Source of the DNA: a virus
Lineage: Duplodnaviria > Caudoviricetes
DNA length: 26,650 nucleotides
Direction: 5' to 3' (one strand)
Virus record (IMG/VR): IMGVR_UViG_3300012952_000110
Coordinates: 1-26,650 of that record
Under the pieces are notes generated by a model. The model made no database searches. It was not told the DNA's origin and worked only from the letters and a program-made list of their open reading frames with translations. A program made the translations under genes and the position numbers. This document shows, piece by piece, positions 1 through 8,100 of the stretch (positions within the stretch are counted from its first letter, which is position 1; the number at the start of each line of letters is the position of its first letter).

Positions 1-18
1 AAAATTATCAGTCTTTCT

Positions 19-26
19 TATAAATA
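19..26 (+). promoter_or_regulatory. T4-type late promoter (gp55-dependent) TATAAATA
   Basis: Exact match to the T4 late consensus TATAAATA in non-coding DNA, about 70 nt upstream of ATG 97. Confidence 0.6.
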
Positions 27-38
27 CTGATTGGAAGA

Positions 39-67
39 TTGACAATATCGCTCAGGCATTCTATACT
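39..67 (+). promoter_or_regulatory. sigma70-type (early) promoter
   Basis: TTGACA (39-44), 17-bp spacer, TATACT (62-67). GGAG at 85-88 and ATG at 97 follow. Confidence 0.8.
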
Positions 68-96
68 AACAAAGTATCACTCACGGAGTCAGTCTC

Positions 97-273
97 ATGT
101 CAGTTGCTATCAGTCAGGCCCAGAAGTCACGTTACAGAATCACCCTAGATTTAGAGGTGATGGAAGACTTTGACCCGCATCAGATTTCATGGGAGGATCT
201 CTTTGAACTCGAAGGAAATGAGAGGGTGATTGACAGTTACGTAGAAGACCTGAGTAAGCCTGTCCGTTGGTGA
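97..273 (+). CDS. small acidic hypothetical phage protein, 58 aa (MSVAISQAQKSRYRITLDLEVMEDFDPHQISWEDLFELEGNERVIDSYVEDLSKPVRW)
   Basis: Translated by hand from ATG 97 to TGA 271-273. Has a GGAG RBS and a sigma70 promoter upstream. Not in the ORF track, apparently because it is under 60 aa. Confidence 0.8.
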   Translation: MSVAISQAQKSRYRITLDLEVMEDFDPHQISWEDLFELEGNERVIDSYVEDLSKPVRW

Positions 274-307
274 TTGGCAGTCTTATGTGATACTCAGAAC
301 ACGGGGG

Positions 308-336
308 TTGACATCAGTCAGTCTCCGTGATATGAT
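308..336 (+). promoter_or_regulatory. sigma70-type promoter with extended -10
   Basis: TTGACA (308-313), 17-bp spacer, TG at 328-329, TATGAT (331-336). Confidence 0.75.
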
Positions 337-338
337 GG

Positions 339-370
339 CAGTGGGTATCAGTGAAACACAGTGTTTTGAT
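339..370. repeat. three CAGTG repeats at 10-bp spacing overlapping the dyad AAACAC-A-GTGTTT
   Basis: CAGTG starts at 339, 349 and 359. Palindrome at 354-366, flanked by ATCA (347-350) and TGAT (367-370). Confidence 0.6.
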
Positions 371-513
371 GCGGCGTTGTTATGGCGTTGCGGCGCGTGC
401 CCGTATATAAAAACGCTAACTACCCTAACCTACAGAGGTGACAGATCGACCTCGATATATAATGCGAAAGTCAAATTCATAATAGGAAAAAAAATTCCGC
501 GCAAAAAATTTTT

Positions 514-732
514 ATGGAAAAGGTTTATCACATCTACGCAAAGCAAGAGTGTTTATACAATAGTTTAAGTGAAGAACAATTCACTAATACATGGGAAACC
601 CTCAAGGGAATGGTTGGTCTAATGAAGACTGATTATGAACTTGGGGATTTATCATATGAGGAAGTTATTTGCGCCCATGGAGGCTCTGGGGCGGTTAACC
701 CAAATGAACCACCTGGGTGTGATTCATATTGA
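514..732 (+). CDS. hypothetical phage protein, 72 aa
   Basis: ATG-initiated ORF on the coding strand with normal composition, downstream of promoter 308-336. Its TGA stop lies inside the next -35 box. Confidence 0.7.
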   Translation: MEKVYHIYAKQECLYNSLSEEQFTNTWETLKGMVGLMKTDYELGDLSYEEVICAHGGSGAVNPNEPPGCDSY

Positions 733-757
733 CATTATACATATAGACTGTTAGAAT
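729..757 (+). promoter_or_regulatory. sigma70-type promoter with extended -10
   Basis: TTGACA (729-734), 17-bp spacer, TG at 749-750, TAGAAT (752-757). Ends 22 nt before ATG 780. Confidence 0.8.
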
Positions 758-779
758 TGAACTGAAGTTTCTAAGACTT

Positions 780-1550
780 ATGGCAAAAGGATTTACTGTT
801 AAGGCGAATGCCCCCAAACCCAAGAAGAAAGAGGAGTGGGACATCGCGGCAATCAAGCAACGTATGCGTGGTAAGACCATCGTATTCTGTTTGCCAGGCC
901 GTGGTTGTTCATTTACATTTCTGAAGAACTTTGTACAACTGTGCTTTGATATGGTACAGAATGGAATGAGTATTCAGATCAGTCAAGATTATTCCTCGAT
1001 GGTTAACTTTGCACGTTGTAAGTGCTTAGGTGCTAATGTATTACGTGGTCCCAATCAGATTCCTTGGGATGGCAAACTGGAATATGACTATCAACTGTGG
1101 ATCGACTCAGATATTGTTTTTGATACAAACAAGTTCTGGCAATTGTGCGATCTTGCAGTAAGTGAAGATGGTACAGAGAAAGAAGTCACTGCTGGTTGGT
1201 ATGCCACTGAAGATGGACACACAACTTCTGTCGCACACTGGTTGGAAGAAGATGATTTCCGTAAGAATGGTGGAGTGATGAATCACGAAACTGTCGAATC
1301 CATTCAGAAGCGTCGTAAGCCATTTACTGTTGACTACACTGGTTTTGGTTGGGTACTGATCAAGAAGGGTGTATTTGAAAATCTTGAATACCCTTGGTTT
1401 GCTCCTAAGATGCAAGTCTTTGAGAGTGGAAATGTTCAAGACATGTGTGGTGAAGATGTCTCATTCTGTCTTGATGCAAAGGAAGAAGGTTTTGAAATCT
1501 GGTGCGATCCTCGTATCAGAGTTGGTCACGAAAAAACTCGCGTAATCTGA
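780..1550 (+). CDS. putative GT-A fold (family 2-like) glycosyltransferase, 256 aa
   Basis: N-terminal beta strand (TIVFCLP), NFAR segment, DxD motif in LWIDSDIVF (W at aa 107), TGFGWVLIKKGVFE, GEDVSFC (aa 224-230) and terminal VGHEK. This is the usual motif order of GT-A enzymes. Confidence 0.75.
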   Translation: MAKGFTVKANAPKPKKKEEWDIAAIKQRMRGKTIVFCLPGRGCSFTFLKNFVQLCFDMVQNGMSIQISQDYSSMVNFARCKCLGANVLRGPNQIPWDGKLEYDYQLWIDSDIVFDTNKFWQLCDLAVSEDGTEKEVTAGWYATEDGHTTSVAHWLEEDDFRKNGGVMNHETVESIQKRRKPFTVDYTGFGWVLIKKGVFENLEYPWFAPKMQVFESGNVQDMCGEDVSFCLDAKEEGFEIWCDPRIRVGHEKTRVI

Positions 1551-1561
1551 GGTACTGAATT

Positions 1562-1696
1562 ATGATGATGAAAGGCGGCACTTATGTTAAGGGTAAGCCG
1601 AAAAAAACTCGCCAAGGAAACTCGCAGTATACATTAAGATCCGCGACTTCTCGTAACAAAGCAAAAAAGAAGTATCGGGGGCAAGGAAAGGGTTAA
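1562..1696 (+). CDS. small very basic protein, 44 aa, ending in a KKYRGQG motif (MMMKGGTYVKGKPKKTRQGNSQYTLRSATSRNKAKKKYRGQGKG)
   Basis: Translated by hand. GAGGT RBS at 1549-1553, and the ORF fills the gap between its neighbours. I recall the YRGQG-ending peptide type near baseplate genes of marine T4-like phages (not verified). Confidence 0.8.
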   Translation: MMMKGGTYVKGKPKKTRQGNSQYTLRSATSRNKAKKKYRGQGKG

Positions 1697-1700
1697 ATAG
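1693..1700 (+). promoter_or_regulatory. possible late promoter (TAAATA core)
   Basis: TAAATA at 1694-1699 overlaps the upstream stop codon and ends 22 nt before ATG 1722. This spacing resembles the other late promoters in the window. Confidence 0.5.
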
Positions 1701-1721
1701 AAGCAGTTACATTCGTTTATA

Positions 1722-2432
1722 ATGGCTGCGTTAATTTGTAACCTCCCATCAGTTGAGGTATGGGTAAGAAAAGAATATCTTACTGATCATCAATCTGGTC
1801 ATGGTGAATTTGTGAAAGGCGTCTGGGTATCGTGTAAGTCGATACCTGGGCGCACTTTTTATTTTGAGACATACTTACCAGAGTATGCTGCTATGTACGA
1901 TAAACTGCCCATCAGTGCGTTTGTAAGCGCCCCTGAGACGCCAAGTCCTGATATGGACCTACCTAACCTACAATTCTGGAATTGCATGGATTACGGCGTT
2001 GTGGCCGTCACTAAGCAGTTTATTGGTTCGATGGACTATGAACTGTATACAAGAGACCATGGTATACAGAAAGGTACATACATTTGTACAATTGATAACT
2101 ATCATCAGGATCCTGAAGTAGTTGACTATGCAACAAGTGAAAATCCAGCTGAGCATAAGTCTCATAACTTGATTGAACTTGAAAATGGACAGTATGCACT
2201 GTATCCTAATAATAGAATGCGTATCTATGATAACAGTTTGACACCTGTTGAACCAAAAATGCCCGATTTTAAGGTTTCAACTCAATATTATCAAGTTGAA
2301 AATGGTTTTGAACGTCTTGGAATGGGTCGTGAAGACGAATATTTCTGGAAAACGTCAAAAGAACGTAAAATTGAAGAAGAAAAAGTTGAAGATATGTACA
2401 AATCACAAGAAAATCGCCCAATTGACCCTTAA
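1722..2432 (+). CDS. conserved hypothetical protein of marine T4-like phages, 236 aa
   Basis: Long ORF with phage-like codon use. Motifs VWVRKEYL.DH..GHGEF, YDKLPISAF, WNCMDY, EHKSHN and NGQYALYPNNR are ones I recall from cyanophage-type proteins. Function unknown. Confidence 0.85.
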   Translation: MAALICNLPSVEVWVRKEYLTDHQSGHGEFVKGVWVSCKSIPGRTFYFETYLPEYAAMYDKLPISAFVSAPETPSPDMDLPNLQFWNCMDYGVVAVTKQFIGSMDYELYTRDHGIQKGTYICTIDNYHQDPEVVDYATSENPAEHKSHNLIELENGQYALYPNNRMRIYDNSLTPVEPKMPDFKVSTQYYQVENGFERLGMGREDEYFWKTSKERKIEEEKVEDMYKSQENRPIDP

Positions 2433-2443
2433 AAAAGAGAAAA

Positions 2444-2605
2444 ATGACTCCAAATCACGATTTTTTAGACAACTTAGCTAACGATAGTCATCAAAAAATG
2501 CTTCGTGAGATCGCAAATGATGATTTAACACCCAAAAAACGCGATTCTGTAGAAGAAACTGAATTTTTTGAAAATCAGACGACTCCAGAACCACTTTATG
2601 AGTAA
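2444..2605 (+). CDS. small acidic hypothetical protein, 53 aa (MTPNHDFLDNLANDSHQKMLREIANDDLTPKKRDSVEETEFFENQTTPEPLYE)
   Basis: Translated by hand from ATG 2444 to TAA 2603-2605. Purine-rich AAGAGA upstream. Fills the intergenic gap. Confidence 0.65.
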   Translation: MTPNHDFLDNLANDSHQKMLREIANDDLTPKKRDSVEETEFFENQTTPEPLYE

Positions 2606-2623
2606 AAATCTCAGTGATGCCTT

Positions 2624-2631
2624 AATAAATA
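2624..2631 (+). promoter_or_regulatory. T4-type late promoter AATAAATA
   Basis: Intergenic NATAAATA ending 21 nt before the gp25 start. Confidence 0.75.
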
Positions 2632-2652
2632 AGATATAATCGCTGGATTTTT

Positions 2653-3054
2653 GTGCCTTTAGAACGGGTAAGTCAAGGTTTTAGAGATATTAGTATGACA
2701 TTTAAGAGGCATCCTCTTAATGATGACCTCGTTTTGCTTAAAAATGAGCAAGCAATCTCCCGTTCAGTGAGAAATATCGTATTTACAACTCCTGGTGAAA
2801 AGTTTTTTGATGAAGACTTTGGATCTAAGATAAGCGAATCTCTTTTTGAAAATATTGATCCTGTTTCTGCAAATTTAATTCAACAAGAAATTCGTCAATC
2901 AATTAAAAACTATGAGCCAAGAGTTAATTTGAGAAGAGTCTTAGTGAATCCAGATTATGATAGTAATGCGTTTAATGTAACTATCATATATGAAATTATT
3001 GGTGCGGATGTGCCTCCACAAGAATTACAATTCGTTTTGCAACAAACTAGGTAA
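2653..3054 (+). CDS. gp25: baseplate wedge subunit, gp25 (GPW/gp25 family)
   Basis: 133 aa, GTG start. AISRSVRNIVFTTPGEKFFDEDFGS and IKNYEPRV are gp25-family signatures. Lies directly before gp6. Confidence 0.92.
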   Translation: MPLERVSQGFRDISMTFKRHPLNDDLVLLKNEQAISRSVRNIVFTTPGEKFFDEDFGSKISESLFENIDPVSANLIQQEIRQSIKNYEPRVNLRRVLVNPDYDSNAFNVTIIYEIIGADVPPQELQFVLQQTR

Positions 3055-3056
3055 AA

Positions 3057-5159
3057 ATGCCACTAGCTAATTTCACTAACCTAGATTTTAATCAGGTTAA
3101 AACAACTCTCCGAGAATATCTTAAAGAAAATTCTAGTTTTACAGACTATGATTTCGAAGGATCGAACTTATCGACGATTCTTGACGTTCTGGCATATAAT
3201 ACCTACATTACCTCATATAACGCGAATATGGTCGCGAATGAGGTATTCATCGATAGTGCGACATTAAGAGAGAATGTCGTATCTTTAGCAAGAAATATTG
3301 GATATTTACCAAAATCAAGAAAAGCAGCAAGAGCTGTTGTCACATTTCAGGTCAATACTAATAATATAACTCCTGTTCCAGCATCAATAACTCTTAAAAA
3401 AGGTCCAGTAGTCACTTCATCGGGATCTTTTGGCAATCAATCATATGTTTTTTGCATTTTAGAGGATATTACAGTTCCCGTAGTCAATAATATTGCAACT
3501 TTTTCTAATATTTCGGTTTATGAGGGAACATTACTGACTTCTAACTTCACTCAAAACTATAGAAACCCAAATCAAAAGTTTATTTTAGATAATATTGGTA
3601 TTGATACTGATTTGATGACCGTTACAGTAAGACCGAATGAGTCATCATCTAGAAGTGTCAAATATTCACGTCAAGACAGTTTATTTGATGTGAAGTCTGA
3701 TTCAAAGGTTTATTATCTTCAAGAAGTTGATGATGAAAGATATCAAGTAATATTTGGAGATGGTATTTTTGGAAATAAACTTGAAGACAACAATTATATC
3801 AGTGTAGATTACATTACATCTAATGGTGATGCTGCAAATGGGGTCAGTTCGTTTGCTTTTGCTGGAAGATTAATCTATAACCGAAATGCACAAGAATATT
3901 CAGTAACTTCTGGTATATCTCTCGTATCAACCGGTATTGCAGCTGGTGGTGGTGAACCAATTGAGAGTGTTGAGTCAATCAAGAAGTTTGCACCAAGAAT
4001 TTATGCCTCTCAGAACAGAGCACTGACTGCAAATGACTATGAAACACTGATTCCTGCTAAAATTTACCCAGAAACTGAGTCTATTTCTGTTTTTGGTGGC
4101 GAAGAGTTAGTTCCACCACAATATGGAAAGGTATTCATCAGTATTAAACCAAGATTTGGAGATTTTCTTCCAAATCTGATTAAAGAAAATATCAAACTCA
4201 AGCTAAAGAAATTTGCAGTTGCTGGAATTGTTCCTGAAATCCTAGATCTCAAATATCTGTATCTTGAGATTGATTCAAAAATTTATTATAACTCAAATCT
4301 CGCACCATCTGCAGCAGCAGTTTCTACGATTGTTCAAAATAACGTCACTAAGTATTCAGAGTCTAGTGAATTGAATAAGTATGGCGCAAGACTAAAATAT
4401 AGTAAATTCTTGAAAGTTATTGATGACAGTCACGAAGCCGTGATGTCAAATATCACAACTGTGAGTATGAGAAGAGATTTGAGAGTTCTCATCAATCAAT
4501 TTGCAGAGTATCAGATTGGTTTTGGTAATGAAATCTATATCAAGAGAATGTCTGGGTTTAATATTAAATCATCTGCAATTTTGGTAGCAGGTATTAATCA
4601 ACCAGTTTATGTTTCTGATATTCCCGATACAAATAGAGTTACAGGAAGTCTTTTCTTCTTTACAGTTCCAAGTATTGGTTCACAAACTCCAACAGTGGTA
4701 AGAAGAAACGTTGGTACGATTAATTATGCAACAGGAGTCATTACGCTAAATCCAGTTAATATTACTAGCGCAAAAATTAAAGATGGTGTTCAAACATTAG
4801 AAATTTCTGCAAGTCCTACATCAAATGATGTTGTCGGATTACAGGATCTTTATTTGCAACTAGATATTAGTAACAGTAACTTTGAAACTGTTGTTGATGA
4901 GATTTCTTCGGGACTTGACCCATCTGCGTCTAATTACGTGGTATCTTCAAGTTATGCTAACGGAAATCTGGTTCGCTCTGGTGGACCAACCACAACCACA
5001 TCTACGGCTACTAGATCGACTGCAACCACGTCTACAACGACTACAACGGCATCTAGTGGCACATCAGTATCATCTAGTGGAGCATCGGGAGGCACTTCTT
5101 ACTCAGGAACCACCACATCTTCATCAGGTACATCAACTTCAGGTTCATCCTCATACTAA
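3057..5159 (+). CDS. gp6: baseplate wedge subunit gp6, with a 60-aa Ser/Thr/Gly C-terminal tail
   Basis: LDF..VK..L..YL, FTDYDFEGSNLS.ILDVLAYNT, FIDSATLRENVVSLARNIGY.P, FGDGIFG, QNRALTANDY and YGKVFISIKP match T4 gp6 / baseplate J-like proteins. Confidence 0.93.
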   Translation: MPLANFTNLDFNQVKTTLREYLKENSSFTDYDFEGSNLSTILDVLAYNTYITSYNANMVANEVFIDSATLRENVVSLARNIGYLPKSRKAARAVVTFQVNTNNITPVPASITLKKGPVVTSSGSFGNQSYVFCILEDITVPVVNNIATFSNISVYEGTLLTSNFTQNYRNPNQKFILDNIGIDTDLMTVTVRPNESSSRSVKYSRQDSLFDVKSDSKVYYLQEVDDERYQVIFGDGIFGNKLEDNNYISVDYITSNGDAANGVSSFAFAGRLIYNRNAQEYSVTSGISLVSTGIAAGGGEPIESVESIKKFAPRIYASQNRALTANDYETLIPAKIYPETESISVFGGEELVPPQYGKVFISIKPRFGDFLPNLIKENIKLKLKKFAVAGIVPEILDLKYLYLEIDSKIYYNSNLAPSAAAVSTIVQNNVTKYSESSELNKYGARLKYSKFLKVIDDSHEAVMSNITTVSMRRDLRVLINQFAEYQIGFGNEIYIKRMSGFNIKSSAILVAGINQPVYVSDIPDTNRVTGSLFFFTVPSIGSQTPTVVRRNVGTINYATGVITLNPVNITSAKIKDGVQTLEISASPTSNDVVGLQDLYLQLDISNSNFETVVDEISSGLDPSASNYVVSSSYANGNLVRSGGPTTTTSTATRSTATTSTTTTTASSGTSVSSSGASGGTSYSGTTTSSSGTSTSGSSSY
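4977..5156 (+). repeat. low-complexity Ser/Thr/Gly tract at the gp6 C-terminus
   Basis: aa 641-700: 42 of 60 residues are S or T, 9 are G, and the tract ends in Tyr. Confidence 0.9.
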
Positions 5160-5162
5160 GAC

Positions 5163-5170
5163 GATAAATT
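5163..5170 (+). promoter_or_regulatory. degenerate late-promoter-like motif GATAAATT
   Basis: One mismatch to NATAAATA in the short gp6-gp7 gap. It is only 6 nt from the ATG, so it is doubtful. Confidence 0.25.
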
Positions 5171-5176
5171 CATAAA

Positions 5177-8100
5177 ATGTCAGAAAATAGAGTTCAATTT
5201 AACACTATCGTTGCAAGCCAACTTCCCACTTATGTAAGGGAAGATTTTCCACTTGTAGAAAGTTTTTTAAAGTCATATTACCTGGGACAAGAATATCAGG
5301 GTGGACCTATTGATCTGATTGAAAATATTGACAGATATATTAAATTAGACGAAACAACAAATCTTACAGAATCTGCAGTAATGTCTGGTGACATTACTTT
5401 CTACGGAACAACTATCAACGTTGATCCAGGAGAATCTCCTACAGGAACTAAAGGATTTCCAGATTCATATGGATTACTAAAAATTGATGATGAAATAATT
5501 TCTTATACCGGGAAAACTGATTATTCCTTTACTGGATGTATTAGAGGATTTGTTGGTATAACTTCTTATAGAAGTGCAATTAACAAAGAAGAAGTTGTTT
5601 TTGAAGAAACTGCATCTGATGATCACAAAGATGGTGCTATCATCACCAACTTAAGTTGCTTATTCTTAAAAGAATTTTTAACAAAAGCGAAGCATCAGTT
5701 AGCTCCTGGATTTGAAAATAGAACATTAACTCCTGAACTCAATCAAAACATTTTTGTAAAACAAGCAAAAGATTTTTATATTAGTAAAGGAACAAACAAA
5801 TCTTTTGAAATACTGTTTAAGGCACTCTACAATAAAGATGTAGAGTTAATTACTCCAAGAGATTTTCTTTTTACTCCATCAAATGCCGGATATAGAATTG
5901 TAAATCAACTTGTTGTTGAAGCAATCGAAGGTGATCCTGAAAATTTAGAAAATGCAACTCTTTATCAAGATGTATACAAGTTTGATGATGATCTTCAAAA
6001 ATCGTATGCTCCAATCACAAGTGTTGAGAAGATAGAAGTTGGATATGGAAAATCATTTTATAAGTTATCATATGATGGTGGATTTAATAGACCAGATGGA
6101 TCTGCTGGCGGAATTACATATGGCAATTTTAAGGTTGAACCATCCACAAAAGTTATAGGCCAAGTTGCTGCAGGCACGACAGTTCTTGATGTTGACTCTA
6201 CAGTTGGATTTGGTTCAACAGGTGAATTGTATGTTTCATATTCAAATGCAACTACTGGAATCGCAAGTTACACTTCAAAATCATTAACTCAGTTTTTTGG
6301 TGTAACTGGTATCAGCACAATTATACTTGATTCAACAACGGTTGGTGTTAATACGTTTACATATGGAAGATCTAAATTAGATCAAAGTGAAATAATCAAA
6401 GTTAGAGTAAATTCAGTCTTAAATTCTCTGAACGCACCAGAGGATACTAAAGGACTTTTAAAGGAAGGAATTGTAAATATACAAACTCTTGGATGCACCG
6501 ACAATACATTTAAAGCCAATAAGTGGATATACAACGTTTCATCCGTTTACAAAGTTGCAAAAGTAGAACTTATTGATTTTTCTGACAATACTTACAGACT
6601 TACTTTAAATGAAGCAAACTATTTTAAACCTGGCAATTCTGCGTCTTTAATTCTTTCTGATGGAACAACCAAAGAAACAACTATCACTGATGTTACAGGA
6701 GAGAAGCAATTAACGATAAAAGGTCAAGGTCTGTTAGATTTAACTTTAACATATAAAGTTCAAAGAATTAGAAGAAAAGCTTCCTCTAATACATTCACTA
6801 ATATTGATGAATATTCAACCGATGTAGAGAACGTTTATAAGAGTTCTGTGGATAACAGTTATTTGGTGTCTTCGCCATCTCTACCCTATTATAATGCACA
6901 ACCAATTAATGTATCCCCTAAAGAATTTAAATTTAGTGGAACCTTTGTTGGTACTGAATTTGAAATTTCTCCTGGAGTAGAACATGGATTTTACACAGGA
7001 GATGCTGTTTATTATTCTGCTGGTCTTGTAGATGAGACTTATATTGATGATTCTGGAAATAGTAAAACTAGAAAAGTTAGAGGAGATGCATTATTTGCTG
7101 ATGGACTTTACTTTGTAAGAAGAGTAAATTCGTCTACGTTAAAATTTGCAAAAAGCAGAAATGACATTCTCAACTCAAAGTTTGTATCTGTTGATTCTGC
7201 AGTAACTGTATCTGAAAGTTTGATTAAACCATATGAGTTTAATTCAAAAACTTTAGAACCACAAAAAATTCTTAGGAAGGTATCTACACCAAAAACTTCT
7301 GAAAGAACTGAAACAACTGTACCAGGAACAACTGGTATATTAATTAATGGTGTTGAAATTTTAAATTATAAATCAACTGATGTAATTAGATACGGCAAGA
7401 TTAATGATATTGAAGTTTTAGCACCTGGAGAAAATGTTGATATAATCAATCCACCAAATTTAATTGTTAATGATTCGGTAGGAACAGGAGCTACTGGATT
7501 CTTAGCAATTTCTGGATCTTTAAGAGAAGTTAGAATTAAAGACCCTGGATTTGATTATCTTAGAACACCTACCTTAAAAATTGATGGTGGTAATGGTCAA
7601 GGTGCAACTGGATTTGTCAATATGAAGTTGATTGATCACAATCCAGAATTCTTTGCGGACTTGGCTTCAGCAAAAGTAATAATCGGAACAGCATCAACTC
7701 AATCCAAAATTGGATTCTCAACATACCATAAGTTTAGAAATGCTGAACAAGTAATATATCGTACATCTGACCAAAGTGGTATTGCTGGTATTGTTACAAA
7801 TTCTACGTACTTTGTATCAACTATTGATAATGTTACTGTTAGACTTCATCCAACACAAGCTGACGCTATATCTGGAATCAACACAGTTTTCCTCACTGAT
7901 CATGGTGTAGGAAAGCATTCTCTCCAGTCAATCAACAAAAAATCAGTAGTAGAATCAATTAATGTTATTTCGGGTGGTTCTGGGTATCAGACTAAGAAAA
8001 GGACTGCTCCTGCCGCTTCTGGAGTGAGTACAGCAAGTGATTCTATCACTATTGCCAATCACGATTACAACTCTGGAGAAAAAGTAAAGTACACTTGTAA

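Noticed and set aside
487-513. Intrinsic terminator at AAAAATT-CCGCGCAAAA-AATTTTT
   Set aside because: The stem is A/T only and abuts the ATG at 514. It is not a GC-rich hairpin followed by a U-tract, so I kept it only as part of the non-coding element.
287-568. 93-aa + strand ORF from the track
   Set aside because: GTG start with no RBS. It runs through a consensus promoter, dyads and A-tracts, and overlaps the better ORF 514-732. The region looks regulatory.
1530-1626. AAACTCGC occurring three times within about 100 nt
   Set aside because: Two copies encode K-T-R in adjacent genes. The spacing is irregular and I saw no further copies, so it is probably coincidental.
2248-2481. 77-aa Lys-rich + strand ORF
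   Set aside because: Alternate-frame shadow of the A-rich end of ORF 1722-2432, and it conflicts with ORF 2444-2605.
4882-5175. 97-aa His/Gln/Leu-rich ORF overlapping the gp6 tail
   Set aside because: This is the +1 reading of TCA/ACA/TCT codons, which naturally lacks stops. TTG start, with no RBS or slippery site seen.
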